32,000 bases of DNA, taken from the NCBI RefSeq assembly GCF_003367075.2, contig NZ_CP065936.1, positions 1,140,001 through 1,172,000 on the forward strand, given 5' to 3'. The notes below the pieces were generated by a model. It was given only the letters and a program-made list of their open reading frames with translations, did no database searches and was not told the origin of the DNA. The stretch's first letter is position 1, and every line of letters starts with the position of its first letter. The stretch is from Cylindrospermopsis raciborskii Cr2010. GTDB lineage: Bacteria > Cyanobacteriota > Cyanobacteriia > Cyanobacteriales > Nostocaceae. The translations under genes were made by a program, and so were the position numbers. This document shows, one piece after another, positions 1-9,638 of this stretch.

Positions 1-2
1 AT

Positions 3-116
3 GGTGCAGAATGGATGGGTCGTGATTTAAAAGTGAATAAGGCTAAACCTAAGGAAGATCGTGGTGGTAGTGGTGGACGAGGAGGTGGTTATGGTGGTGG
101 GCGTAACCGCTACTAA
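3..116 (+). CDS. 3' end of an RRM-type glycine-rich RNA-binding protein gene (5' part lies outside the window)
   Basis: Frame 3 is open from the window edge and reads GAEWMGRDLKVNKAKPKEDRGGSGGRGGGYGGGRNRY, ending at TAA 114-116. The end of an RRM followed by an RGG/GGY tail is the pattern of cyanobacterial Rbp proteins. It is absent from the ORF track because it has no start codon in the window. Confidence 0.6.
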   Translation, partial: GAEWMGRDLKVNKAKPKEDRGGSGGRGGGYGGGRNRY

Positions 117-149
117 TTCCCAACTGTAGCAGTAATTTGTGATAATACC

Positions 150-179
150 AGCTCATGCTCTTGCAGTGTGAGCTTTTTT
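150..179 (+). terminator. Rho-independent terminator downstream of the rbp-like gene
   Basis: AGCTCA (150-155) pairs with TGAGCT (169-174), with possible inner TGC/GCA pairs. A run of six T follows at 174-179. Confidence 0.6.
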
Positions 180-205
180 CTCAACTACCACAATCAAATA
201 TCCCA

Positions 206-544
206 ATGAACTACCAAATAGCACGTAAACTATTAATAGATCAAACAGAAACTGCTCGGGATACCGTCTTAAACCGTCTCCAAAAGGGCAAATTGCCCAT
301 ACCGGGTCAAATTACATCTATTTTGTTAGCATTAAAACTTGTATTTGAATCCTTAAAGGATGTCAATACTATAGATAAAGAACTAGCCTGGTCACTGCAT
401 AAACTAGGCAGTAAGTGTTTAGAAATATTGACAATGGAGCTAAAATCTGACACTGAATGGCCCCCACTGTTAAAAGAGGACTTGCAAAGAATTACCCTAG
501 CAGTTGAAAGTATATTTTCCGGTACATGGGAAACCAAAAAATGA
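206..544 (+). CDS. Hypothetical helical protein, about 112 aa
   Basis: The ORF track gives 155..544. The first 17 codons overlap the terminator hairpin at 150-179, so the in-frame ATG at 206 (MNYQIARKLL...) is the more likely start. I recognise no motif. Confidence 0.45.
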   Translation: MNYQIARKLLIDQTETARDTVLNRLQKGKLPIPGQITSILLALKLVFESLKDVNTIDKELAWSLHKLGSKCLEILTMELKSDTEWPPLLKEDLQRITLAVESIFSGTWETKK

Positions 545-546
545 GG

Positions 547-1578
547 TCAATGGGGGACAATAGCTACCTTAATTGCCAGACGTGCTTTCATATCGTTAAG
601 CGCCTGTTCTAAATCTTCTAGGGGAGCTTGGTTACTAATTAATAACTCAAAAGCAATTCTCCGACTTTCTATAAGAGAGAGAGCATCCCTAACATATTTA
701 GGAGTATTGTGAAAAACACCTTTTACAGTTAATTCATCATAATGAAGCTGTTCGGTATTGATATTAATGCTAGTGTCTTTAGGACAACCACCAAATAAAT
801 TAACGGTTCCACCGGGACGGGAACAGGAAATAGCAGTTTCCCACACACTGGGAACACCAGTAGCTTCTATGACTACATCTGCTCCCCATCCATCCGTGAG
901 TTCCCTCACCTTAGTGGGAATATCCGTGACCTGATGATAATTAAAAATCCGGGATGCTCCCAATTGTTGACCAATGTGTAGACGGTGATTATTGCCACCC
1001 CAGAGAAATACCTGGGCTTGCAATTCCCGGGCCAAAACCCCTACAAACATCAATCCAATAGCTCCATCACCCAAAACAACCACTCGGTCATGGGGTTTAA
1101 TATGGGAGCGAGCTAATCCATGAAGCACACAGGCCAAAGGTTCAGTCATGGAAACTAGGGCCAAGGGTAATCCTGCAGGGACTCCCAGCATATTGTGTTG
1201 AACAATGGGGGCGGGTATTTTTAAATACTGGGCAAAAGTACCATTGTTCCAGGTAAGATTTGGACAAAGGGAGTATTCTTGTCGTTGACAAAAGAAACAC
1301 TTCATGCAGGGGGCGGAGTTATTGGCCACCACCAGCTCTCCTACATGCCAATTATCCACACCAGATCCAATAGCGACAATGGTACCCACGACTTCATGTC
1401 CGAATAATGTGGGAGGTGTCAACATTCGCGCATGACCGCCACGTCGCCACACTTTTAGATCTGTACCACAAGTGGTGGCAGTCTCCACTTTAATTACCAC
1501 TTCTCCCAATGCGGGGGTTGGGTCTGGTATCTCCTCTAATCTTATGTCTTCCTTTCCGTAAAGTAAAGCTGCTAACAA
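547..1578 (-). CDS. Zinc-dependent alcohol/polyol dehydrogenase (medium-chain dehydrogenase/reductase family)
   Basis: 343 aa with a TTG start at 1578 and GGAG about 10 nt upstream. Catalytic-Zn context: TCGTDLKVW and FGHEVVG. Structural-Zn motif: C-x2-C-x2-C-x7-C (CMKCFFCQRQEYSLC). Rossmann motif: GDGAIGL. Confidence 0.85.
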   Translation of the reverse strand: MLAALLYGKEDIRLEEIPDPTPALGEVVIKVETATTCGTDLKVWRRGGHARMLTPPTLFGHEVVGTIVAIGSGVDNWHVGELVVANNSAPCMKCFFCQRQEYSLCPNLTWNNGTFAQYLKIPAPIVQHNMLGVPAGLPLALVSMTEPLACVLHGLARSHIKPHDRVVVLGDGAIGLMFVGVLARELQAQVFLWGGNNHRLHIGQQLGASRIFNYHQVTDIPTKVRELTDGWGADVVIEATGVPSVWETAISCSRPGGTVNLFGGCPKDTSININTEQLHYDELTVKGVFHNTPKYVRDALSLIESRRIAFELLISNQAPLEDLEQALNDMKARLAIKVAIVPH

Positions 1579-1623
1579 GTTTTCTCACTCCATCTATCTA
1601 AATAAATAACATAAATAACTAAG

Positions 1624-1716
1624 TAGGGAGGCACAATTATTTGTAGGATGCCCATGGGGGCGTTGGGTTTCATACTTCAACCCAACCTACGTTCATCTTA
1701 TATTTAATTCCACCTT
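1624..1716 (-). repeat. Interspersed two-hairpin repeat, copy A (reverse orientation, second hairpin deleted)
   Basis: The reverse complement reads AAGGTGGAATTAAATATAAGATGAACGTAGGTTGGGTTGAAGTATGAAACCCAACGCCCCCATGGGCATCCTACAAATAATTGTGCCTCCCTA. It aligns along its length with the copies at 10521, 16036 and 24152. Confidence 0.85.
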
Positions 1717-2855
1717 CCCAAGGTAATCACCGCGTTTTGTCCTCCAAACCCAAAACTACAGCATAGAACATGTTCTACCCGACTTTTTTTTGCTGCTGTG
1801 ACCAAGTTTAAGTTCATTTCTCTGTGCTTTAGTCCCACATTGGGGGGTAATATTTGATTTTTGATGGCCATTAGGGAAAAAGCTACACCCAATGACCCTG
1901 ATGCTCCTAAGGTGTGACCAGTGGCACCCTTGGTGGAACTAATCGCTACCTGGGGGGGAAATAACTCTTGTATGATTTTACCCTCTATTTGATCATTGAT
2001 CTTGGTGGCCGTACCGTGGGCATGAATATAGTCTATATCTACCTCGGTCAAATTACTACGTTCTAAACATTGCTTGATGGCTAACATCCCACTTTTAGCT
2101 TGTGGTTCTGGTTTGTTACCATGAAAAGCATCTGCTGTCAAGCCAAAACCTAGGATTTCTCCGTAAATATTTTCTGGGGTTAACTGACGCTGTTCTATTG
2201 ACTCTTGAGATTCCAAGACAAACACTGCTCCCCCTTCGCCTAAAACTAAACCCTCTCGATTAATATCAAAGGGGTAAGCACCCGTCTTAGCCAAAGCTCC
2301 CATTTGCTGAAATCCACAAATAGTCAACGGTGTAATTGGAGACTCAATAGCACCGGCGATCGCCTGATGACATTGACCACTTTGAATCAATATTACAGCT
2401 TGAGCGATCGCCCAAATACCGGTAGAGCAGGCTGCCATTGGGGCTAAAACAGTTCCCAGACAGGAAATTTGTCTAGCAACTGTGATAGCATTCATCACTG
2501 GCAAACTATCCAACCAATGTTCCAGATTTGACCATGGCGGAGTGTCATTCATTTGTTGTGCCAACTTTTCCCAAGATGCTTGGTAACTGCGACTAGAACC
2601 GATAACCACCGCACAATCAGGTAAAGGGGGGGACAATTTAGCATCCTTGAGGGCCTGATCTACAACTTGGGGGGTCAAAATATTCAAAGATAGTGGTTGG
2701 TGATGGATTAAACCCAAGGGAACAGGTGCCAATTCTGGGAAGAGCTGGTGTAATTGAATGCCACTTTTACCCAAGAGTAGATTCTGCCAGCTTTCTTGCA
2801 AACTCATACCCAGAGAGGAAACTAAACCAATACCGGTAACAAAAACCCTAAGCAA
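1704..2855 (-). CDS. Beta-ketoacyl-ACP synthase, KAS I/II (FabF-like) family
   Basis: 383 aa. Cys-His-His triad contexts: PMAACSTG, HAHGTATK and GHTLGASG. C-terminal FGFGGQNA. The last two codons and the stop (TGG AAT TAA) lie inside repeat copy A. Confidence 0.85.
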   Translation of the reverse strand: MLRVFVTGIGLVSSLGMSLQESWQNLLLGKSGIQLHQLFPELAPVPLGLIHHQPLSLNILTPQVVDQALKDAKLSPPLPDCAVVIGSSRSYQASWEKLAQQMNDTPPWSNLEHWLDSLPVMNAITVARQISCLGTVLAPMAACSTGIWAIAQAVILIQSGQCHQAIAGAIESPITPLTICGFQQMGALAKTGAYPFDINREGLVLGEGGAVFVLESQESIEQRQLTPENIYGEILGFGLTADAFHGNKPEPQAKSGMLAIKQCLERSNLTEVDIDYIHAHGTATKINDQIEGKIIQELFPPQVAISSTKGATGHTLGASGSLGVAFSLMAIKNQILPPNVGLKHREMNLNLVTAAKKSRVEHVLCCSFGFGGQNAVITLGRWN

Positions 2856-2871
2856 TTTGAGATATTAATAA

Positions 2872-3579
2872 CTACTGTGGAAGTTTTAAATTTGCCAATC
2901 CCTTTGTAACCTCAGCCTGGTCAATTCTATCGCCTTGCTGAATTTGATTAACCACCTCAATACCATCAGTGACATAACCGAAAACTGCATAGGCACCATC
3001 TAAAAATCCTAAATCAGCCAAAGCAAAGTAAAATTGAGATGAAGCAGAATTAGGAGTTTGAGATCTAGCCATAGCTATGGCACCCAGTTTATGGGTCAAA
3101 ACAGGTTTTTCGGAAATTGTTTTGCCATAGACTGGCTCTTTTTGGCCTCGGGGCTTAATTTCCAGGGGGATGAGACGTTCAATGTTCAGTTGGGGATCCA
3201 TATACCCACCAGTTCCCAATCTAGCTTGGGGAAAGTTGGGATCTTTGCTTTGAGGATCACCACCTTGGGCCACAAAGGGTTGGGGGTCACGCACAACGCG
3301 ATGAAACATTAGTCCATTGTAAACACCCTTTTGAACCAGGTCTAGGAAATTCCCAGCAGTAATAGGAGCGTTATCACCATCCACTTCAATAGTAATAGGT
3401 GAACCCTTAACCGTCATTACCACAGTGGCCTTACCCACCAAACGAGGTAAATTTGTATAGTTTGGGGAAGCACTAGAAGCTATTTGACTGGGGGAACAAC
3501 CCGTAAATAAGACACTGCTAAGGATGAGTGCTAACCACAGAAACTTGAAAGATTTAAATTGGGGGATTTGAAAGTGCAT
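2872..3579 (-). CDS. Cyclophilin-type peptidyl-prolyl cis-trans isomerase, exported (signal peptide with lipobox-like FTGC)
   Basis: Cyclophilin motifs: FHRVV, QGGDP, SQFYFAL and AVFGYV. The ORF track starts at 3714, which would overlap ycf4. The internal ATG at 3579 ([30 protein letters not shown]) gives a proper signal peptide and removes the overlap. Confidence 0.85.
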   Translation of the reverse strand: MHFQIPQFKSFKFLWLALILSSVLFTGCSPSQIASSASPNYTNLPRLVGKATVVMTVKGSPITIEVDGDNAPITAGNFLDLVQKGVYNGLMFHRVVRDPQPFVAQGGDPQSKDPNFPQARLGTGGYMDPQLNIERLIPLEIKPRGQKEPVYGKTISEKPVLTHKLGAIAMARSQTPNSASSQFYFALADLGFLDGAYAVFGYVTDGIEVVNQIQQGDRIDQAEVTKGLANLKLPQ

Positions 3580-3625
3580 TGACACTAACTCAACTATATA
3601 TAAGGTATGAGTATAGGACGAATAA

Positions 3626-4195
3626 TTAGAGTCCTTCCAAGGGAACGCCCAGAAAACGAGCCAATTGGGCCCCTTGAGTTTCCAACTCTGATAAGGATAG
3701 GGGTTGACCAACACGAGTCAAGGGAATATCCCTTCTCGCCTTGACCTTGAGATAAAGTGCTCGTTGAGGATTGAGACCTTCTTTAATAGAAATGCGAACA
3801 GACTGTATATCTCGTATAGAGCTTTCAATGGCAATTTGGCGGTCTTTGCCAGGAAACCCCCAACGAAAGATTTTGAACTTACCAGTTTCCTGATTAAATT
3901 CATTATAACCACCACCTACATCCCACAAAATTACTAGCCATAAATATAAGGCTAAAAGCATACCCGCTATTCCATATATTCCCATCACTAGTCCTTGAGG
4001 GACAAATATTAGCTCAGTTGCATCAGTGACAATCAGTAGATTAACTTTTAAATAGCTAGAAATGCTGGCTAATGAAAAGCCGGATGCTCCTAAAGTAACA
4101 ATAGTTGCCCAGGAGTAATTACTCAATCGTCGGGAACCGAGAACGTTTTGATGTAGGGAAATTTCACCTTTGTCAGTCACTGTTGATGATGTCAT
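3626..4195 (-). CDS. ycf4: Photosystem I assembly protein Ycf4
   Basis: 189 aa. The N-terminal region ([22 protein letters not shown]), two transmembrane helices and a C-terminal soluble domain give the typical Ycf4 layout and sequence. Confidence 0.9.
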   Translation of the reverse strand: MTSSTVTDKGEISLHQNVLGSRRLSNYSWATIVTLGASGFSLASISSYLKVNLLIVTDATELIFVPQGLVMGIYGIAGMLLALYLWLVILWDVGGGYNEFNQETGKFKIFRWGFPGKDRQIAIESSIRDIQSVRISIKEGLNPQRALYLKVKARRDIPLTRVGQPLSLSELETQGAQLARFLGVPLEGL

Positions 4196-4581
4196 TTGAA
4201 ATACTTAAAGCTAGTTGCTCACGTAGGTGCTCAGTTTCCAGAACTCACCAACAAAACATCTTAACACAACGACTGACAATAATTATGTATGTCCCACCTA
4301 TTGCTCCAATATCAAAAACAAAATTTTCAACCCAAAATTTTCCATAATGTGATAAGTTAAGAATCATTAAGTTGTCATCACCTAAATAACCAGGTAGTGG
4401 CAACAGTCCTGGCATAATTTATGAGAAACACCCAAATTGAATGGTTCAATCTCATAATTTCTACCGTATACTGGTAGAGTCAAGACTCTAAAAAAACGTT
4501 TAATTCACCATGCTGAGGAAATAACCCTTCCCACAGCATCCTTAAAAACGTAGCAATTTTAGTAAACAAGAGGATTTTTCC

Positions 4582-5637
4582 ATGACCATCGCAGTTGGAC
4601 GCGCCCCCTCTAGAGGGTGGTTTGACGTACTAGACGACTGGTTAAAACGCGATCGCTTTGTATTTGTAGGTTGGTCAGGAGTATTACTGTTTCCTTGTGC
4701 CTTCCTAGCATTAGGCGGTTGGTTAACCGGTACTACTTTTGTTACATCTTGGTACACCCATGGTTTAGCCTCCTCCTACTTAGAAGGAGCTAACTTCTTG
4801 ACAGTAGCAGTATCCACCCCTGCAGACAGTATGGGACACTCCCTATTATTCCTGTGGGGTCCAGAAGCTCAGGGTGATTTTACCCGCTGGTGTCAACTAG
4901 GTGGTTTGTGGCCCTTTGTTGCTTTACATGGTGCCTTTGGATTAATTGGCTTCATGTTGCGTCAATTTGAAATTGCTAGACTAGTAGGTATTCGTCCTTA
5001 TAACGCCCTGGCATTTTCCGGTCCGATTGCCGTATTTGTCAGCGTTTTCTTGATGTACCCATTGGGACAATCCAGCTGGTTCTTTGCACCCAGTTTTGGC
5101 GTAGCAGCCATATTCCGGTTCTTATTATTCCTCCAAGGTTTCCACAACTGGACCTTAAATCCCTTCCACATGATGGGTGTAGCAGGAATTTTAGGTGGAG
5201 CTTTACTATGTGCTATCCATGGTGCAACAGTAGAAAACACCCTATTTGAAGATGGCGAAGGTTCCAACACCTTCCCCGCATTCAATCCTACCCAATCGGA
5301 AGAAACCTACTCCATGGTGACAGCAAACCGTTTCTGGTCACAGATTTTCGGGATTGCTTTTTCCAACAAGCGCTGGTTACACTTCTTCATGTTGTTTGTA
5401 CCCGTTACCGGATTGTGGATGAGTGCTGTAGGGATTGTAGGTTTAGCATTAAACCTGCGAGCTTATGACTTCGTATCCCAAGAACTACGGGCAGCAGAAG
5501 ATCCAGAGTTTGAAACATTCTATACCAAGAACATTTTATTAAACGAGGGTATCCGAGCTTGGATGGCGCCTCAAGACCAACCCCACGAACAGTTCGTATT
5601 CCCAGAGGAGGTACTACCACGTGGTAACGCTCTCTAA
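4582..5637 (+). CDS. psbD: Photosystem II D2 protein
   Basis: 351 aa, from [33 protein letters not shown] to [12 protein letters not shown]. It matches D2 as I recall it along its whole length. AAGAGGA lies upstream of the ATG. Confidence 0.97.
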   Translation: MTIAVGRAPSRGWFDVLDDWLKRDRFVFVGWSGVLLFPCAFLALGGWLTGTTFVTSWYTHGLASSYLEGANFLTVAVSTPADSMGHSLLFLWGPEAQGDFTRWCQLGGLWPFVALHGAFGLIGFMLRQFEIARLVGIRPYNALAFSGPIAVFVSVFLMYPLGQSSWFFAPSFGVAAIFRFLLFLQGFHNWTLNPFHMMGVAGILGGALLCAIHGATVENTLFEDGEGSNTFPAFNPTQSEETYSMVTANRFWSQIFGIAFSNKRWLHFFMLFVPVTGLWMSAVGIVGLALNLRAYDFVSQELRAAEDPEFETFYTKNILLNEGIRAWMAPQDQPHEQFVFPEEVLPRGNAL

Positions 5638-7006
5638 TAGATCCGTTGTAGGTGCTGGCCGTGACCAAGAAAGCAGCGGTTTTGCTTGGTGGTCAGGTAA
5701 TGCACGTTTAATCAACCTTTCCGGTAAACTACTTGGTGCCCATGTGGCCCATGCTGGTTTGATTGTATTCTGGGCCGGAGCAATGACCTTATTTGAGGTT
5801 GCTCACTTTGTCCCAGAAAAGCCCATGTATGAACAAGGGCTAATTCTGTTACCTCACCTAGCTACCCTGGGTTGGGGTGTGACCACCGGTGGTGAAGTTA
5901 TAGATACCTTCCCCTACTTTGTAGCTGGGGTATTGCACCTAATTTCTTCTGCTGTTTTGGGTTTTGGCGGTATTTACCACGCTGTACGCGGTCCTGAAAC
6001 CTTAGAGGAGTATTCCTCCTTCTTTGGTTATGACTGGAAAGACAAGAACAAAATGACCAACATCATTGGTTTCCACCTGATCATCCTCGGATGTGGAGCG
6101 TTGTTGTTGGTACTGAAAGCCATGTTCTTTGGTGGAGTCTATGATACTTGGGCTCCCGGTGGTGGAGATGTACGCATAATTACTAACCCTACCCTTAATC
6201 CAGCGGTGATCTTTGGTTATTTAATCAAAGCTCCCTTTGGTGGTGAAGGTTGGATTATCAGCGTAGATAACATGGAAGACATCATCGGTGGTCATATCTG
6301 GATTGCCTTTATTTGTATTTCTGGTGGTATTTGGCACATTTTAACCAAACCTTTTGCCTGGGCACGTCGTGCTTTTATTTGGTCTGGTGAAGCTTACCTG
6401 TCTTACAGTTTAGGTGCTTTATCCATGATGGGCTTTATTGCTTCTGTTATGGTTTGGTATAACAACACTGCGTACCCCAGTGAGTTCTTCGGTCCTACAG
6501 GTCCTGAAGCTTCTCAAGCACAAGCTTTAACATTTCTAATTCGTGACCAACGGTTAGGTGCTAACGTAGGTTCTGCTCAAGGTCCTACAGGTTTAGGTAA
6601 GTACCTGATGCGTTCTCCCACTGGTGAAATCATCTTCGGTGGTGAAACCATGCGTTTCTGGGATTTCCGTGGTCCTTGGTTAGAACCCCTTCGTGGTCCC
6701 AATGGTCTTGACCTAGAGAAGATCAAGAATGATATTCAGCCTTGGCAAGCTCGTCGTGCTGCTGAATACATGACCCATGCTCCCTTGGGTTCTTTGAACT
6801 CTGTAGGTGGCGTAGCTACTGAAATCAACTCTTTTAACTATGTATCTCCTCGTGCATGGTTGGCTACTTCTCACTTTGTGTTAGGTTTCTTCTTCCTCAT
6901 TGGTCACCTGTGGCACGCAGGACGCGCTCGTGCAGCTGCTGGTGGTTTTGAGAAAGGACTGGACCGTGAAAACGAACCAGCATACTACATGAATGATCTT
7001 GACTAG
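5621..7006 (+). CDS. psbC: Photosystem II CP43 chlorophyll apoprotein
   Basis: 461 aa containing [47 protein letters not shown]. The ATG at 5621 overlaps the psbD 3' end by 17 nt, the classic psbDC overlap. The exact start codon cannot be fixed from sequence alone. Confidence 0.95.
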   Translation: MVTLSNRSVVGAGRDQESSGFAWWSGNARLINLSGKLLGAHVAHAGLIVFWAGAMTLFEVAHFVPEKPMYEQGLILLPHLATLGWGVTTGGEVIDTFPYFVAGVLHLISSAVLGFGGIYHAVRGPETLEEYSSFFGYDWKDKNKMTNIIGFHLIILGCGALLLVLKAMFFGGVYDTWAPGGGDVRIITNPTLNPAVIFGYLIKAPFGGEGWIISVDNMEDIIGGHIWIAFICISGGIWHILTKPFAWARRAFIWSGEAYLSYSLGALSMMGFIASVMVWYNNTAYPSEFFGPTGPEASQAQALTFLIRDQRLGANVGSAQGPTGLGKYLMRSPTGEIIFGGETMRFWDFRGPWLEPLRGPNGLDLEKIKNDIQPWQARRAAEYMTHAPLGSLNSVGGVATEINSFNYVSPRAWLATSHFVLGFFFLIGHLWHAGRARAAAGGFEKGLDRENEPAYYMNDLD

Positions 7007-7046
7007 AATTTCCTAGTTTTGTATTTGAAGTGTCAGCTGAAGTGTT

Positions 7047-7080
7047 AGCCCTTGTTGAAAAACAGGGGCTTTTATAATTT
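7047..7080 (+). terminator. Rho-independent terminator of psbDC
   Basis: AGCCCTTGT (7047-7055) pairs with ACAGGGGCT (7062-7070), including one G-U pair. The loop is TGAAAA and the hairpin is followed by TTTATAATTT. Confidence 0.7.
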
Positions 7081-7105
7081 ATGGGTCTACCCACCCACTT
7101 AAGTC

Positions 7106-8275
7106 TTAGCAAGTTACTACTGAGTTAAATCTTAAACTTTCCACAGTTTTCAAAAAATGAGCTGCTACTTCATCTATCTGTTCTGCCGTATTAAATCTAC
7201 CAATACCAAATCGCACTGAAGCATGGGCTAATTCTTCCGGGTATCCTAAAGCGGTAAGAACATAAGAAGGTGCAACATGATGGGAAGAACAAGCAGAACC
7301 GGAAGAGACAGCTACTACTGGTTGGAGTCCTAAGGACAGTGCTGCTCCATCAATACCTTCCACACTAATATTCAAATTTCCTGCTAGTCTTTTGCTGGGG
7401 TGTCCATTCAGGTGAATTCCCCCCACTTTAGATATCTGTTTCCATAGTCTTTCTCTAAGGGTTTCCAGGCGAAAATTCTCTGTTTCCTGTTCTTCCAGGG
7501 CAATTTCTATAGCCTTGCCAAAACCCACTATTTGGGGTGTATAGAGGGTTCCTGAACGCATCCCCCTTTCATGACCTCCACCGTGCTGTTGGGGTGCTAG
7601 TTTTACCCTAGGATTCTTTCTGCGGAAATATAAAGCTCCAATTCCCTTGGGACCATAAACCTTATGAGCGGTTAAAGACATTAAATCAATATTCAATGCT
7701 TCCACATCTAAGGAAATCTTGCCAATGGCTTGTGCAGCATCAGTATGAAATATCACTCCCTGTTGGTGACAAATCCTCCCAATCTCACTTAATGGTTGTA
7801 AAACCCCAATTTCATTATTGGCAGCCATAACAGACACTAATATAGTATCGGCACGTAAAGACTTTTCTAATTTTTCTAAATCAATTAGTCCATCTTTTTC
7901 GACGGGAAGAATAGTTAGTTCAAAACCTATGGTTTTTAAATATTCACAAGTGTCTAATACTGCTTTATGCTCTGTAGCAACGGTAACTATATGTTGACCT
8001 TTAGAAAAGTATGCTTCTGCTACACCCTTAATCGCTAAATTATTGGCTTCCGTTGCACCACTGGTGAAGACTATTTCTTCAGGAGTGCAGTTAATTGCGG
8101 TAGACAAAACTTCTCTGGTCCTTTTTACTGCTGCTTGACCTTCCCAACCGTAAACATGACTATTACTAGCAGGATTACCAAACTTTTCTGTAAAGTACGG
8201 AATCATAGCATTTAATACTCTTTCATCTAGGGGAGTAGTAGCATGGGAATCCAGGTAAATGGGACGAATGGACAT
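7106..8275 (-). CDS. Cysteine desulfurase (class I NifS/IscS-like aminotransferase class V)
   Basis: N-terminus IYLDSHATTP. PLP-Lys context: SLTAHKVYGPKGIGALY. Active-site loop: SSGSACSS. The ORF track starts at TTG 8287. The ATG at 8275 (MSIRPIYLD) matches family N-termini better. Confidence 0.9.
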   Translation of the reverse strand: MSIRPIYLDSHATTPLDERVLNAMIPYFTEKFGNPASNSHVYGWEGQAAVKRTREVLSTAINCTPEEIVFTSGATEANNLAIKGVAEAYFSKGQHIVTVATEHKAVLDTCEYLKTIGFELTILPVEKDGLIDLEKLEKSLRADTILVSVMAANNEIGVLQPLSEIGRICHQQGVIFHTDAAQAIGKISLDVEALNIDLMSLTAHKVYGPKGIGALYFRRKNPRVKLAPQQHGGGHERGMRSGTLYTPQIVGFGKAIEIALEEQETENFRLETLRERLWKQISKVGGIHLNGHPSKRLAGNLNISVEGIDGAALSLGLQPVVAVSSGSACSSHHVAPSYVLTALGYPEELAHASVRFGIGRFNTAEQIDEVAAHFLKTVESLRFNSVVTC

Positions 8276-8321
8276 ATTTTCTCTCAACGATTAATTAAAT
8301 CAAACTACATCAAATTGGGTC

Positions 8322-8795
8322 TTAGTTTTTGAGTTCTTGCAATTTTTTTAATACTGTTTGGGCATGACCCTTGCTCTTAGCATTTGGCCAGGAATAGGCA
8401 ATGATTTTATCGGGTGCGATTAAGAAGGTGGAACGAGCAACCCCCATATATTCTTTTCCCATGAATTTCTTCATTCTCCACGCACCGTAGGTTTCTATTA
8501 ACTGATGTTCAGGATCTGTTAACAGGGTAATTGCCAGGTTATGCTTGGTGATGAATTTACAATGGGACTTACTGGAGTCTGGACTGACTCCTATAACTTT
8601 CCCATCCAAATCAATAAATTCTGATGCCAATTCGGTAAACTCCTTGGCTTCCATAGTACATCCCGGGGTGTCATCTTTCGGGTAAAAATATAGAACCACC
8701 CACTGATTGATCTGGTATAAGCTAACTAGGTTCTCATCTTGGTCTAGCTTAGCAAAATCAGGTGCGGGTTTTCCAATTTGAGGAATATCACTCAT
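8322..8795 (-). CDS. bcp: Peroxiredoxin, BCP/PrxQ subfamily
   Basis: 157 aa with a thioredoxin-fold AhpC/TSA pattern. VVLYFYPKDDTPGCTMEA contains the peroxidatic Cys. Confidence 0.88.
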   Translation of the reverse strand: MSDIPQIGKPAPDFAKLDQDENLVSLYQINQWVVLYFYPKDDTPGCTMEAKEFTELASEFIDLDGKVIGVSPDSSKSHCKFITKHNLAITLLTDPEHQLIETYGAWRMKKFMGKEYMGVARSTFLIAPDKIIAYSWPNAKSKGHAQTVLKKLQELKN

Positions 8796-8830
8796 GGTGG
8801 ATAATTAAGCAAAATGAGTAGGCAAAAACT

Positions 8831-9625
8831 ATGTTACGGGACTTCGCTAATCGAGAAGAGTTAGTAACTTATATACGGGAACAATTCCCTCAAGCTGCAC
8901 AAACAGGTGATTATATCAGTGGAACTTCTGGGGGTAGAAAAGCAGCAGTGGAACAACTAGAAAAGGTAAATGCTGTATTGTACGCAAAAACACGCAATTA
9001 CTTGACTGGAGCAGTAACTAGGTTATCACCCTATATTCGTCATGGTGTTTTGAGTTTGCGAGAAGTGAGGGAGTATATTCTTAACACAGTGGAAAATTCA
9101 GAAGATGGAAGCAAGTTAATTAATGAACTGGGATGGCGGGACTACTGGCAAAGATTATACATGAAGTTAGGCAAGGGTATTTGGGAAAATCAAGAAGAAT
9201 ACAAAACGGGTTATCACAGGGGAGATTACTCCCATACCCTCCCGGAAGATATTCAGGAAGGTAAAACTGGACTGGTCTGTATTGATAGTTTTAGTCAAGA
9301 ATTACGAGTGACAGGTTATCTCCACAATCATATCAGAATGTGGTTGGCAAGTTATATTATTCACTGGAGAAAAATTCAATGGCAAGCGGGAGCTAAATGG
9401 TTTTTGCAGCATTTGTTAGATGGAGACCCAGCAAGTAATAATATGTCTTGGCAATGGGTGGCTAGTACTTTCAGTCACAAGCCCTATTTCTTTAATCGAG
9501 AAAATCTAGAACGCTATACAAAAGGAGTATATTGTTCTCGATGTCCATTATATGGTAAGTGCGTATTTGAAGGCAGTTATGAGGATTTGCAATCAACCCT
9601 TTTTCCCCATTCCCCCCTAACTTAA
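8831..9625 (+). CDS. Stand-alone cryptochrome/photolyase-family FAD-binding domain protein
   Basis: 264 aa. Photolyase C-terminal-domain motifs: TRLSPYIRHGVLSLREV, WRDYWQRLY and DGDPASNNMSWQWVAST..KPYFFN. No N-terminal alpha/beta photolyase domain is present. Confidence 0.75.
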   Translation: MLRDFANREELVTYIREQFPQAAQTGDYISGTSGGRKAAVEQLEKVNAVLYAKTRNYLTGAVTRLSPYIRHGVLSLREVREYILNTVENSEDGSKLINELGWRDYWQRLYMKLGKGIWENQEEYKTGYHRGDYSHTLPEDIQEGKTGLVCIDSFSQELRVTGYLHNHIRMWLASYIIHWRKIQWQAGAKWFLQHLLDGDPASNNMSWQWVASTFSHKPYFFNRENLERYTKGVYCSRCPLYGKCVFEGSYEDLQSTLFPHSPLT

Positions 9626-9638
9626 ACTTAATCCAGCC

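Noticed and set aside
3580-3714. N-terminal 45 codons of the ORF-track cyclophilin (2872..3714) and the first 17 codons of ORF 155..544.
   Set aside because: The cyclophilin extension overlaps the ycf4 coding region, and the internal Met gives a proper signal peptide. The extension at 155-205 lies within the rbp terminator hairpin. Both starts were moved downstream.
4356-4373. HLR1-like direct repeat GTTAAGAA-TC-ATTAAGTT about 210 nt upstream of psbD.
   Set aside because: The spacing is right, but the conserved CA core of both octamers is replaced (TTAAG instead of TTACA). That gives 11 of 16 matches, which is likely chance in AT-rich DNA.
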